DNA of 64,000 bases from Eledone cirrhosa (Eukaryota), in assembly GCA_964016885.1 (NCBI GenBank), contig OZ024740.1, positions 168,888,001-168,952,000 on the forward strand, written 5' to 3'. Made by a program: the position numbers and the translations under genes. Below the pieces are notes generated by a model. That model ran no database searches. It was not told the origin of the DNA and saw only the letters and a list, made by a program, of their open reading frames with translations. Positions 12,472 to 26,205 of the stretch are shown here, piece by piece; within the stretch, counting starts at the first letter, position 1, and the number at the start of each line of letters is the position of its first letter.

Positions 12472-12734
12472 GTCTCGTGAAATGAGCTGACTCTCTCAGT
12501 GCATCCCCTTGGTATTCTCTTGGCAGTTCTGTCTTCCAATACCTTGAAGCAACATCAATCTGTTGTTTTTCATAAAATATAATATTATTGTCAGAGGATA
12601 AAAGTGCGAAGGAAGATTTAGCTATTATATTGAACAGGTCCCATGACTTAACTTAAAATCCCTTTGCTGTCGTCTCAGCTGGTTTTATTAATGATGTTTA
12701 TTATTAATTTTTTTGCTAACTTTTTATTTTTCAG

Positions 12735-12848
12735 ATTGGTATTGCTTGTCATGTTTAATGCAGTATTGTTTTATAAACTGTGGTCTTTAGAAAGTTATGC
12801 CAACACAATATATTTACCATATTTAAAGAATGGTCTTCAAAATAAAGA
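12735..12848 (+). CDS. GRAMD1: GRAMD1/Aster transmembrane exon
   Basis: LVLLVMFNAVLFYKLWSLE resembles vertebrate GRAMD1B LVLLVILNMMLFYKLWMLE; AG and GTAAGT boundaries; phase 2. Confidence 0.9.
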
Positions 12849-14056
12849 GTAAGTTCATAACTTTTAACTATTTTAAACTTCATTTTCATTTTATTAATCA
12901 CTACTTAGAATCAGTGCAAATGATACTCTTAATTAAATTTTATTTCCAGAATATTGTCATTTTCATTTCATTTTTTACTCTCTTTTTTTTACTATAGTTC
13001 TAATGAAAAACACTGAAAATGATTGAGAATTTAGAATGATTTAGTAGTATAAGTATATTTCTCATTATTAGGATATAGCTCATGAAATTATGAGGGAAGG
13101 TTTTTAGATAAATATAAACACTTTAAAACAAATGACTCTGTTTTCTCATTCCTAATTTCTGCCATTAACCTTTAATAGTGTTGGTGCTTCAATCCAATTC
13201 ACTCAGTACACTCTGCAAAGTGGTTGGCATTAGAAAGAGAATCCAGCCATAGAAATTATGCCAGACATTGTAATGTATGAGGAAGGTGTATTTCTTTGAC
13301 CATCTAGTCTTGTACCACACAAATCAGTCCGACCCATGCCAGTATGGAAAGCAGTTGTATAAATTATGATGGGAAACTTTTCTTGGTATTTCCAGACTGA
13401 AAAGATTGATGTGGCTAATGCAGAGTCTGAATATTTGCAGAGATGACATTATCAAAGAGTGTACTGAATGTCTGGTTTGTATGTTTGCAACAAATTGAAC
13501 TCCTCTAAAAGGACCCAAGAATTAAGTAGTATTGGTATTATTAGTCAACAACTACTTTGCCAAGGACTCTTCAACAGTGTTGAAGACATGACAACCTTCC
13601 TAGTACTGGTGCCACAGTAAAATGCATCTAGTGCATTCTGTAGAATGTGGGAATGTATGTAAGTGATATGTGGGCTCCTGGCCTATTGAAGAGGTCAGTA
13701 GCTCCAAGTAAATTTGTAAGAAACCAAATATCTGAAGCAAGGGAAAAACTAATGTTAAAAACCAGAATTACCATATTTCCTGGCTTTAAAGATGTCATTC
13801 ATATTCTCCCATTTTGAGTTACTAAATTAAAAACGAAAGCTTAACATAAAATGGCTAGGATCACCTTTGGTCTCCAAAAAACAGGATAAATTTTCCAGAC
13901 ATATTTTGGGGAAAGGAAATAGCATCTTCTATACAGGAAGAATACATTAATTCTTATTCATCAGCAAATTCTTGTGTAGGAAGAAAACTAAGATTTTTCT
14001 CTCGCAATTTTTCTGGTGCTTAACTGACCACCAAGTCCTGTTTATAACAGAACTTT

Positions 14057-15490
14057 ATCATCATCATCATCATCACCGTTTTACGTCCGTTCTTCCATGC
14101 TAGCATGGGTAAGACGGGTTGTCCTGTTGTGGGCAGTGTCTGGTTGGCTGACCATGCCTTGCTCATACAGGAACTGATTTTGGCTTGATTTCTACAGCTG
14201 GATGCCTTTGCTAACACCAACCTCATTTACAGTGAGTGCTGGGTGCTTTTTCCGTGGCGCCTACACGTCCACATTACAGTTTGGGCTGGGTGCTTTTTTG
14301 CCGTGGCACTTCCACGATCACCTTGCAGTGGAAGAGTGTGGGGGCATATTGTCTGTATACTTCAGCTTGTACCCATGGGGGGTCGGGTACTCTGTATTAC
14401 TGCGTGACGCCAGAGGTCACGGTCGTGTGTCATCGCCTTTGAGAGGTGTAATTGGGTAAGGTCGGCTTTTATCACCTCATCCCAGGTCTTCTAGGGTCTC
14501 CCCACTCCACGGTTTCCATTGACTTCTAGTGCTCTGCACCTTTTTATGCAGCTGTCATCCTTCATACGCATCACATGTCCATACCAGCGCAACCGCCTCT
14601 CCTGCACACAGCATTTGATTCCTCTTATGCTCAGTCTCTCTCTCAATTCATTTATGCTTTGTCGTTCGCGTATATTACTATTACACATCCATCGGAGCAT
14701 GCAGGCTTCGTTTCTCTCTAATCTACGTAAGTCTTCCACCTTCAGCGCCCAGGTCTCACTACCATGTAACATTGCTGTTCGGATACACGCATCATATAGT
14801 TTGCCTTTCATTTTGAGGGAGAAGCCTTTTGCAGCTAGCAGTGGCAGTAGTTCCCTAAACTTCTTCCATCCCGTTCTTACCCTAGTTATTGTACTTTCTG
14901 AACACCCACCTCCACTGCTAATTCGGTCACCTAGGTAGCAGAAGCTGTCTACTGTTTCTACAGAGCCCTCCCAGAGATTGGTGGTACTTATTTCCTGTGG
15001 CTGTTTGCTGCTTGCTGTCCCAACACAGCTGCTACATGTAAAGCCTACATTCTTAATTAAGCTTCCTGAGATCCCACTACATCTCTTGTGTACCCATTGT
15101 TTGCATTTGGGGCAGAGAATGGAGTTCCTACCTACACCTTTCCTACATACTGAGCAAGGCCATTTCCCTGAGGGGATCTGGGTTCTGTTTTCTCGTCTAC
15201 TTACAAGGACCTTAGTCTTTGTCATGTTGACTTTAAGACCCTTTCTTTCTAGTCCCTGCTTCCAAGTTTGAAATTTCTTCTCTAGTTCTACCATAGATTC
15301 AGCTATAAGTGTGAGGTCATCGGCATACAGGAGTTCCCATGGGCATCCGGTCTTAAACTCCTCCGTTATTGCCTGCAGGACTATGATGAATAGGAGAGGG
15401 CTAAGAACAGAGCCCTGGTGGACACCAACCTGTACGCTAAATTCTTCGCTATACTCATTGCTAATCCTAACTTTGCTGGTCGTATACATT
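14057..15490 (-). mobile_element. RTE LINE, 5'-truncated, open RT with internal PHD finger
   Basis: GVHQGSVLSP, YADD (15316-15327), C4HC3 cluster at 15025-15156, RLRWYGHV, 3' UTR and (GAT)n tail. Confidence 0.95.
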
Positions 15491-15696
15491 TATAGTTTTA
15501 CTTTTTTTTTTTTGTCCTTAGCCATTAACATAAAGGGTGCATAAGTTTCTGCTGCCATTTTGGTGGTTATTTCAATTAGTTAACTCCCACATGATTTAGC
15601 TTTCCAAACTACTGTTATGTCACAAGCATTTGTATGTATGTGTGTATATATATGTGTGCATGTTTAAGCCATGTTACGGCTGAGAACAGATGATAT

Positions 15697-16275
15697 TGTA
15701 GTAAGACGCCTTACGCCCCCCTGTCGGATAATGGACCAGACCTAGTTGTCTCCCCCTGGTTGAGAACACTATTTAAGTAAGCAGCAGTATTACTTTCTCA
15801 GACAAGCCACGGAGACAGCAAACAGCAGACAGCCTTTGGACCACGAGATCACACAGATGTCAATACACTGAACTCCTATGCCGAAGCCACAAGGATAGTA
15901 TTGGCCGAGCACTGGCTCATAACTGATTTCACTTTACTGGTCCCGTCACGTTGGTGACCCAGACGTGGGCGTTACATTGGTGACCCACGACAATTGTAAT
16001 ACGTTGCCTTCATTTCAACTGATCACGTCTATATTGGTATGTTGTTTCATTTGTAATATAACAAACACATAATAGACAAAATAAACATCATCCTTATTTA
16101 CATTGTTGAATAGAACTCTCGTTGTGGTTATTATCTTGTCTACACACACACCCACTCACTTGTTATAATTCTATGGAGTACCTGTCCTCTCACTTACGAA
16201 AATGGTAAATAGACGAGGGACTTTCCCTCACGTCTATATTGATAAACTATCCAACAAGAATTCCTCATTACCATA
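15697..16275 (+). repeat. 5' LTR
   Basis: TG...TA termini; only two differences from the 3' LTR seen by eye. Confidence 0.95.
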
Positions 16276-16933
16276 CTGGTAACCCCAACTAAAGAATTTT
16301 ACGCAGCCTTTTATTCATTTGAATTTAAATATTTCACTGTTATTACCACGTTGCCAACCTTTTCGCAACTTACAAAAATACACAAAAAAAAAAGACAGAA
16401 ATAATAATGTGTTTATACGGTATTGACAAAGTATACAAAAAACCAGCCAAAATATTTTCCAATATGGCGTTGCTTTTCTCCTCCGTTTAGCAATTTTCCC
16501 GCCAGGACAGGGACATTTTGAATTGCTTGTGTGTGTTCCATATTTGATCAAGAGAAAAACTGTTTCTGTGAACATTACTGCCCCGCAGGGGATACACATG
16601 CCTTACTTTTTTTCTAAGGGATTTTTAGCCACAGGCTACCTATTGTTCATATCCAACATGGATATATTCTAAAACAAACATTTTTTTTTTTTCTCTTTTT
16701 CTCGGGTTATATGATTTGGCTTGCCCGTTGAAGCAACACAAGGGGACAGACGTTGAAGGAAAACAATTTTTTTTTAAAATATATATATGTACTTTATGTA
16801 TTTTTGCTATTTCCTAATGTTTTGAATGTCTGTTTCTTTTTGACCGTTGATTTTTTTTATCATTTTGGGTGTTTACTTTTCCCTGTACGAGGGAACATTA
16901 ATTGCTGTTTCTATTTTTTTTTTTCGTTTCACA

Positions 16934-17710
16934 ATGAATACGTCACATTTGGCCGCCTTTACCGGAAACCCTAAGCTGTGGTTCGCCTAGCTACAGGCGT
17001 ATTTTACGGTCTGTAAGACCGAGTCTGACCAGCGCCTCGCTGTCTTGATTAGCGGACTTCCCCCTAATTTAGCAGATTCGGTCCAAGACCTAATTACAGA
17101 CCCCACCTCTGACTTAACGTATGATTCTTTAAAAGGCGAGATCTTGAGAAGGAACTGTAAATCGGTAGAGAGTCGTTTTCGGTCATTGATCGAGGACGAA
17201 CGACTATGTGACAGAACCCCTACCGCTTTTCTCCGGCATTTGTGGGAATTGAGTGATTCCCAAGATCAGGATAGCCCTTTCCTGAAGCAATTGTTCTTCT
17301 CTCGCCTACTTCAAGAGGTACAGGCGATCCTAGTCCATATGCTAGAGTTAAACACACTCGACCACATTGCTGTCTCTGCCGACAAAATAGTAGAAGTGAC
17401 GAAGAGAGACACTTTGAAGCAAAAGTACGTTGCTTCCTCTTCTCTTCCTCAATCACGCTCATCAGCGAGTGATGAGAAGTTGGTCAAAACTATGGAAGCC
17501 ATGACTCGTCAAATGGCAAAGTTGTGCCAGGAACTCAGGTCTTTTGGACGGCAGAGGAGCCGCTCACGATCTTATTCAACTCCTCGCCGCCGTAGCTGTT
17601 CCAAATCTTCAAATTCATCATATTGTTATTACCATGACAAATATGGTGACAAAGCCGCCCGTTGTAGGCCTCCTTGTGCTTACAAGGGAAACGACGACCA
17701 GAGTCACTAA
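16934..17710 (+). pseudogene. Gypsy gag with premature stop
   Basis: ATG 16934, NPKLWFA then TAG at 16988; LKQLFF; SR-rich tract; CYYH..YG..A..C..PC knuckle. Confidence 0.9.
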
Positions 17711-20700
17711 CGGCGGATAGTGCGCTCTGCGAAACATCATCCAACCGCCACTTTTTTATTGAGGATCTGCTATCAGGTAGAGCCTTTCTGGTTGACACAG
17801 GTGCAGCTTGTTCAATATGGCCTGTGTGTTGTATGAAGGAGACTCCCCCTGAGTCACCTATTGAGTTGCAGGCAGTAAATTGTTCGCCGATTCGAACCTT
17901 CAGACAAATCTCGCTACCTTTGCAGTTCCGTAATCTGCGGCGTGAGTTTAAATGGATTTTTACTGTCGCTGCCTTGCCGTATCCAATTCTAGGCGCGGAT
18001 TTTCTCCACCATTTTTCATTGACGGTGGACCTCCGTCGTAAACGCCTAATTGATGACATCACTGGTTTTTCTGTGTTTGGCAAGGCAGCAGGAGTTCCAA
18101 TGGTTAGCCCGACCTTTTTTCTTGCTAACACCGGCGATACTTACCATGCGTTGTTGAACTCGTTCCCGCAACTGACTCAGGCAAATTTTCGAGTTGATGA
18201 GCCAACTCATACCACGGAGCACTTCATAACTACAACTGGTGCTCCCGTTTTTTCTCGTTCTCGTCGCTTGCTTCCGGACAAACTCAAAGCAGCACGATCA
18301 GAGTTTGATCATATGCTGAAGTTGGGGATTATTCGTCCGTCCACGAGCCCGTGGGCGTCCCCATTACACATGGTACCGAAAGCGACTGGCGATTGGAGAC
18401 CTACTGGAGATTATCGACGCTTAAATTCAATAACGGAACCAGACCGTTATCCTATTCCTCATCTGCTAGACTTTGCGTCTTCGTTGCAGGGATGCAAGGT
18501 ATTCTCCAAACTAGATTTAATTCGTGCGTACCATCAAATTCCTGTCCATAAAAATGACATTCCAAAAACGGCTATAGTTACGCCATTTGGGTCATTTGAG
18601 TTTTTGACCATGCCGTTCGGATTAAGGAATGCCGCTAGTACGTTTCAGCGGTTTATGGATGAGGTTATTCATGGCCTTGATTTCGTCTATACATATATTG
18701 ACGACCTGCTCATTGCTAGTTCTTCTCAAGAACAACATACGCACCATTTAAATCTTCTTTTCCGCCGATTGAAGGCGTATAATGTCCAGATTAATGCACC
18801 CAAATGTGTTTTTGGTGCTGAGTCACTGACTTTCTTGGGTCACGTCATCGATGCTAACGATATTCGACCCCGGCCTGAGCGAGTTAAGGTCATAGAGGAT
18901 TTGCCTCCACCAACCTCACTACGTCAGTTACGCCAGTTCTTAGGCCTGATCAATTTTTATAGGCGTTTCGTGCCAAATTGTGCAAGATTGCTTTTCTCCC
19001 TGACGGAAATTTTAAAAAATTGTCGGAAGAAGAATACAGACATTTCTTTAACCGAAACTCAACGTGCTGATTTTCAGCACGCCAAAACTGCTTTGGCTAA
19101 TGCTTCTTTACTGGCTCACCCGGTACCCGGTGCAAAGCTAACGCTTTGTGTTGATGCATTGGATATCGCTGTGGCCGCAGTGCTACAACAAAACATCAAT
19201 GGTTACCAGCAACCGCTGGAGTTTTTTTCCAGAAAAATGAAACCTGCTGAGACGCGCTACAGCACCTTTGGAAGGGAGCTTTTAGCCATCTATTTAGCCG
19301 TGAAACATTTTTCACATATGCTAGAAGGTAGACTATTTACTATCCTCACTGACCATAAACCATTAACTTTTGCGTTGAGAGCGAAGGCTGATAAATACTC
19401 GCCCAGAGAGACGAGGCACCTTGATTTCATCTCGCAATATACGAACGATATCAACACATTCCGGGTTCACTGAATACAGCGGCCGATGCTTTGTCCCGCT
19501 TACCCGTGACAGCGATCTCGTCACCCTCTGACATAGATCTGACTCATTTGGCTGCGGATCAGCCTCCCCTTGAGTCATTGTATGTTACATCTGCCTGAGT
19601 TTGCGAATTGCGAGATGAAATACTTGCCTCTGTCGACTGCAGTTGGCCAAATTCTCTGCGACGTCTCTTTGGACGTGCCTAGGCCCTTCGTTCCAGAGAA
19701 TCAGCGTCGGACCGTGTTTTTGGCATTACATAGTTTCTCACATCCAGGATCTTCTGCCACAGTAAAGCTCATATCAGCTAGATTTTTCTGGCCAAATATG
19801 AGGCGTGAAATTGCTGCTTGGTGCCGTTCCTGCGTCGCTTGCCAGAAATCAAAGGTCCATCGACACGTCAAGGCTCCCCTGGGTACTTTTACTTACCCAG
19901 ATGCGCGTTTTTCACACATTCACATTGATATAGTGGGACCTTGGCCTGTCAGCGACGGTTATTCTTATCTGCTGACTATAGTTGACCGTTTTTCGAGATG
20001 GCCTGAAGCCATCCTCTTGAAAAACATCACCGCTGAGACAACAGCGCATGCTCTTGTGTCTGGATGGATCTCTCGTTATGGAGTTCCATCCACAGTAACT
20101 ACCGACCGTGGACGACAGTTCGAGTCGAGCCTTTTCCTCGAACTGTCAAAATTAATTGGTGCTAAACGCATCAGAACTACGGCGTACCATCCCACTTCAA
20201 ATGGTATGGTGCAGCGTTTTCACCGACAACTGAAGCCCTCCTTAATGGCCTCAATGGACTCGGCGCGTTGGAGCGAGTACCTCCCTATTGTGCTATTAGG
20301 GATTCGGTCAACGGTGAAGGTCGACTTTGGATTTTCACCGGCCGAAGTACTGTACCTCTGACGTTGCCCGGGCAAATACTTGCCCCTATCGATCTTGATG
20401 CCCAAGATCACGCTTCCTATGTGTCCCGTTTGCGCTCCTATTTCCAGGATTTGCCGCCAATGGACACTAGGAAACAAACTGTCAAGACTGCTGTCCCGAG
20501 GGATGTTGCCTTGTGGACGGATGTCTTTGTAAGGAAAGATTCTGTGAAGCCCCCGCTCACACAGCCTTGCACTGGACCTTACCGTGTCTTAGCGCGCTCG
20601 GCTAAGCATTTCACTCTAGATATTAAAGTGTCCAGGGAGACAGTTACAATAGACAGGCTTAAGCAGGCATATCTGGACATGGACGCTGTGGTTCCTGATC

Positions 20701-20870
20701 CACGAACCCCTTCGTATTTGCCTGTTGAGCGAACGCCTGTTCCTGAACCACCATCATCGCCTGTCCCTACACCACCACCATCGCCACGTTACAAGACCAC
20801 GACCTGTTCAGGTCGTAGGGTCCACTGGCCCAAAAATTTTGCAGCACCGTCTATATTTAGACTGTGTTAG
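17674..20870 (+). pseudogene. Gypsy pol (protease, RT, RNase H, integrase), frameshifted
   Basis: LVDTGA, PFGLRNA, YIDD, TDHKPL; frameshift near 19460; HHCC zinc finger; IDIVGP...TDRG...NGMVQR (catalytic E read as Q); second break near 20355; GPY motif. Confidence 0.95.
17686..17730 (+). promoter_or_regulatory. -1 programmed ribosomal frameshift signal (gag to pol)
   Basis: G GGA AAC at 17686-17692 in the gag frame, 6-nt spacer, hairpin CAGAG-CACTA / TAGTG-CTCTG; pol is in the -1 frame. Confidence 0.8.
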
Positions 20871-21080
20871 CTGCACCTTTTATTTTGCTTCTGTGTTTCT
20901 GCTTTTTTTTTTTGCCTTTTTTTTTTATGCATGCATGTTTTTTAACATTTTTCAAATCCTTATTCTGGATTTAACGATTGGTAGAGCGAATAGCTCCCCC
21001 TTGTTGCATTGTTCGCCATCTTATTCCACGTGTGAGTAATAACATCGATTTTCGATGATTTGAAAATCTGGCAGGGGTAC

Positions 21081-21659
21081 TGTAGTAAGACGCCTTACGC
21101 CCCCCTGTCGGATAATGGACCAGACCTAGTTGTCTCCCCCTGGTTGAGAACACTATTTAAGTAAGCAGCAGTATTACTTTCTCAGACAAGCCACGGAGAC
21201 AGCAAACAGCAGACAGCCTTTGGACCACGAGATCACACAGATGTCAATACACTGAACTCCTATGCCGAAGCCACAAGGATAGTATTGGCCGAGCACTGGC
21301 TCATAACTGATTTCACTTTACTGGTCCCGTCACGTTGGTGACCCAGACGTGGGCGTTACATTGGTGACCCACGACAATTGTAATACGTTGCCTTCATTTC
21401 AACTGATCACGTCTATATTGGTATGTTGTTTCATTTGTAATATAACAAACACATAATAGACAAAATAAACATCATCCTTATTTACATTGTTGAATAGAAC
21501 TCTCGTTGTGGTTATTATCTTGTCTACACACACACCCACTCACTTGTTATAATTCTATGGAGTACCTGCCCTCTCACTTACGAAAATGGTAAATAGACGA
21601 GGGACTTTCCCTCACGTCTATATTGATAAACTATCCAACAAGGATTCCTCATTACCATA
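21081..21659 (+). repeat. 3' LTR
   Basis: Direct repeat of 15697-16275. Confidence 0.95.
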
Positions 21660-22215
21660 ATATCAAAAAATATCCTAATGATATTATTCCATCAAATAGA
21701 CATGAACAAGTAGCTAATATCAGCAGAGGCTATTTAGAAGTCTTCAGCTGAAGTGTATGCTTCTTCTAATGGTTCTTTTTATCTTATGTCTAAGGTGGCC
21801 TGTATGGTCAATTTTGAAAGAATCAGTGACCAGACTGAACCCTGCCAGCTTGCATACTGAAAGCATAGAATGATGAAACATAATTGATTTGCTTATAGTT
21901 AGAGAACAATAGCTGTGTATGATATGATTGTGTGTTTACTTTCAATATCTTGCACTCTTTGGTCGCAAGGAATTTAAGAAATGAGGAGTTAAACTCATGA
22001 GCGTAATTGTTTTAATACTTTCACCTTGCTACCAATTAAAAACAAATAATGAAATATATAATTGGTTGTTTATCAACAAGAATTGAATATGAGTTGAATT
22101 GTTTTGTGTTGAATTGAACAATATATACATTATACTTTGACAGTATAATGTATATAAAAATAGAAGTTTTTACCTTGGCATTAATATATAGTGTTGTTAT
22201 TGTTTTTGTTTGTAG

Positions 22216-22336
22216 TAATTATCCACAGAATCAAGAAGAATGGGCTGAGCTGTTAAAACAACAACAAGTATTACATGAAAGTGAGCTAGAACGATGGAGA
22301 GAAATTCTTTCAGCAGCTGTTATATTAGTGGATCAA
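22216..22336 (+). CDS. GRAMD1: GRAMD1/Aster exon (luminal helix)
   Basis: NYPQNQEEWAELLKQQQVLHESELERWREILSAAVILVDQ resembles GRAMD1B PQSQTEWAQLLESQQKYHDTELQKWREII; GA+T forms Asp across the intron. Confidence 0.92.
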
Positions 22337-25048
22337 GTAAATATCAAACTTTATATTCTTTTGTTCTTTTACTTATTTTCAGTCATTAGGTTGCAGTCAT
22401 GCTGAGGTATTGTCTTGAAAGGATTTAATTGATCATATCAATCTCAGTACTTATTTTTCCCCAGTCTGTTACTTATTTTATCAATTTCTACTGTTAAACC
22501 ATTAAATTGTGAGACTTAAAAAAGCAGGAAACACAAAAACAGACACACACACATGACAGACATCCACACAGTTTCTATCTATCAAATTTTACTCACAAGA
22601 GATTGATCAACCCTAGATGATAGTCGAAGACACTTATCCACAGTGTCATGCTGTTGTACTGAACCTAGAACCATGTGTTTGTAAAGCAAACTCCTTAACT
22701 AAACAGTCATGTCTGCACTTGTATACTTGTTTTTTTTCATCTTTAATAGGCTGTGTCTCAGCAAAGGTAAAATCCAATAATTGAAATCAGTAAAACGCTA
22801 TTATTGCTAATTTGAAATAACCATTTGTATATGTAGGGCCACAAATAGCAAGGAAGACGTATAACAAGACATGTCTAGTATTAATTCTATGAGATTCACT
22901 TTTAAGATTTATGGTATTTGTTTGCTCTCATTCTTGAATAAATCAGTTGCAGTATATTACTGGTACATGCTTTATCAGCCACATCTCTGCAGCAGGACTT
23001 GAACTCAGCAATTAAGAAGAACAAAATTAAGCTAGAAACTATTTCATCACTGCCCAATATGGTGGTGATGATGATAACGATGGTGGTCATTTCTTTAATA
23101 ACCACACAGGGCTGACATTAAGCAAACAATAGAGATGGCACAGGGTGATACAGTGTAGGTTTTTGTTTGTAAAAAAGGTTATAACAAAAACTTTAAAAAA
23201 TAAACATTTGAATAATAACGATTGTTGTTGTTATACAGTAATGTTGTTTTGGCCAGTATAAGTATGCTTCCTATTGAACTGCAGACCATAGTTTAGAATG
23301 AGAAACATTCTCTTGTCCTTTCTCCTATTAAGGTCCTTTCATACTTTTTATAGCTGTCTTCAGTTTGTGTCAAGGACATTCCAGGTAATTCTTGTTGATT
23401 CAATTAAACAACTTTTTGCACCACATCCACTCCCAGATTTATATCTAGCTTTCTATGGTTTACTTTCAAATTCTGTCATGGTTCCTAAAGGCTCCAATGA
23501 CAATTGGCAAGATCATGACCATGACAAATTCTATGATATTTTCCAGCACATGCAGATTTCATATTTCAAGTCAGTGTAATGGACATACTACATCAATTGC
23601 TAGGCATACTTTCCACTTCTTATCGATGACTACAATATCTGTCTTCTTATGCTGTATTTTCTTTTCAATTTGCATGGGAAAAATTCTATTCTCACAAAAT
23701 GGTCATAGTTCTTTTATGTGCATATAAAGCCAAATCTCTTTTTAAAATTCCCACTGAATTATTGCCACTATTTCATAATGCTTTAATGTTTTGTACACAT
23801 TCTGAGCTAAATGTGGGTATTCTGAAACTATTTGAGCTATTGTCTCACCAGTTTCATTGCACATTCTACATTTCAGTTAATAATCCTGCTTACCTATCAT
23901 TCTCCTGGTCCAATTTACCCACCCTTAGAGCCTGTTACTGGACATCTAAGATCAATCCCTCAGTCTTTTTCTTCAATACTTCTTTCTCTACTTAAAGCCA
24001 GCTGTCTTTGTCATCCCTTATCTCTTTTGTCTCTCTGAGAAATACTGAGGTGCTTTTTTTTCCTTTTAAGTTTGACTTTCTATTTGCCAAATTTCCCTGG
24101 AAAGGGTGGTATCTCTACTAACTCTGTTTATTACCCCTTCTCTTATTGCCTCCTTCAGAAGGGTTTCTTCTTTCTCTTCTAGGTAGAATCCTAGGATTGG
24201 TTTCTCTAGTTTGACCACCTCTTCAACTTCCTCTTTCTGTGCCTAAATTAGAAAATGTTCTTGTAACAATTTCTAACATTAGCACAAGGTCACACAATTT
24301 GGTGGGATGGTACAGCTGATTATGTCAAGCCTAGTGGTACAAACACATTTTTATTGACTCTGTAAGAATTCAGGATTCATTCAGAGGGGAGGCTTAGGTA
24401 TTTCTGCAAGAACAGCTTTCATTGATTGTGGCTGTGCATCTGCACAAATTGATGATTTGAAGTTTAAGGAGCAATTTGAATTTATTAGTGCTGTAACATT
24501 AACTTTTTTATCACTATATTTCTAATGAAAGACTGCCTATAATTTTCAAATCATTTTCAAAATACTCTGGAATTTAAAGAGATTTATATAATTAAGTTAG
24601 TATATAACAAACTTTTATATAATAGTATATAACTAACCTTTATATAATTAAGTTAGAATTTCCGTCCTAATATTTTGGGAATTTTAGGTCCTGAAATATT
24701 AGGATGGAAGAAACAACAGCAACAATAAAAAACAAAACAAAGATTACCACGTAACTTACTTTTTCGTTACCTCAACTTACAGTCCATTTTGCATTGTTTA
24801 GCCTATCTCTTTCCACATTAATTAAGTTAGTGTTTAGAGTGTAACTTAGGCCAATTTCATGTGATTTAGTACCAATTAGTGTTTCTATCTGTTTTTTGTT
24901 TTATTTCTTATTGGCTAGCAATGCAACTCTGGGTCTAACCTACTGAATAACCCTAGATAATATATATGAAAAGAACTAGTACTTTATGAGTTGTGTGATA
25001 AATTATTGGAGTTACTAATACTGTATTTTTTTTTTTTTTCACTTTCAG

Positions 25049-25108
25049 GTTAAATTATCATTATCACAACTGCAGGAAACATTACAACATCGGCACCAGA
25101 CTAGATGA
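25049..25108 (+). CDS. GRAMD1: GRAMD1/Aster terminal coding exon
   Basis: Poly-T tract and ttcag acceptor; phase 0; VKLSLSQLQETLQHRHQTR then TGA. Confidence 0.85.
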   Translation, partial: VKLSLSQLQETLQHRHQTR

Positions 25109-25453
25109 TGACAAGGATGACTAGGGGGTGGGGTGGGGGCGGGAGGAGATATTGCTTACTGCATTTTCGGTGACCATCTCAACTCATACATCACATCAGG
25201 TTGAATTAAGACTCTGCTGGGCATCCTTTCATGAATTCACTGAAACAACCAAAGGATTTATTTTATGTGCTTGTTTCTTCACTCCTTCCTCTTTTCTGCT
25301 TCTGCCATCCAGCCTCTTTATTTTAAAATTGAAAAGAATTACAAAACAAAATCATAATTTTTTTAATTATTTTGTTTTAATTATTTTATTTTATTTTCAT
25401 CTCCTTCCTTGGTCTTAAAATAATTTGCTGAAAACACAGTTATTTCTGTCCTG

Positions 25454-25605
<152 letters not shown>

Positions 25606-25964
25606 AAAAATTAACATACTATTAACAGGACTTAGAGACAACTTGATGTACAATCTTAAGTGAAGAATCACTCTTTTATCTTTATAATTAGACTCATAGC
25701 AACAAGGTTTTGGGGCTCCAAGGGACAGCAACAACTACCATCGATCTTGGATATAAACATGTCTAGCAGACTTGCTTTTCCAAATTGAAACTAAAAATGA
25801 AACTTCAAAAACAATGAAAAAATGTTATTTTAGTTTATTATTAAAATCCTAATTATTTATTGAAAAATGAAAAATGATATACAGGAAGCAAAAACTCAAT
25901 TTTAATCTTATGCTAGCAGGGAAAACAGACATTAAATATTGATGATGATGATATGTATGTGTGT

Positions 25965-25967
<3 letters not shown>

Positions 25968-26037
<70 letters not shown>

Positions 26038-26118
26038 TACATACATACATACATACATACATACATACATACATACATACATACATACATACATACATAC
26101 ATACATACATACATACAT

Positions 26119-26203
<85 letters not shown>
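25968..26203. repeat. Compound (CA)n(CATA)n(TA)n microsatellite
   Basis: Read directly. Confidence 0.98.

Positions 26204-26205
<2 letters not shown>

Larger units (their letters stand above)
15697..21659 (+). mobile_element. Full-length Ty3/Gypsy LTR retrotransposon in a GRAMD1 intron
   Basis: 579-bp LTRs (15697-16275, 21081-21659); ATAT target duplication (15693-96 / 21660-63); degenerate PBS TGGTAACCCC at 16277; purine tract near 21070; domain order gag-PR-RT-RH-IN. Confidence 0.97.

Noticed and set aside
17535-18131. 198-aa antisense ORF in the Gypsy element
   Set aside because: Shadow of gag/pol with no recognisable motifs
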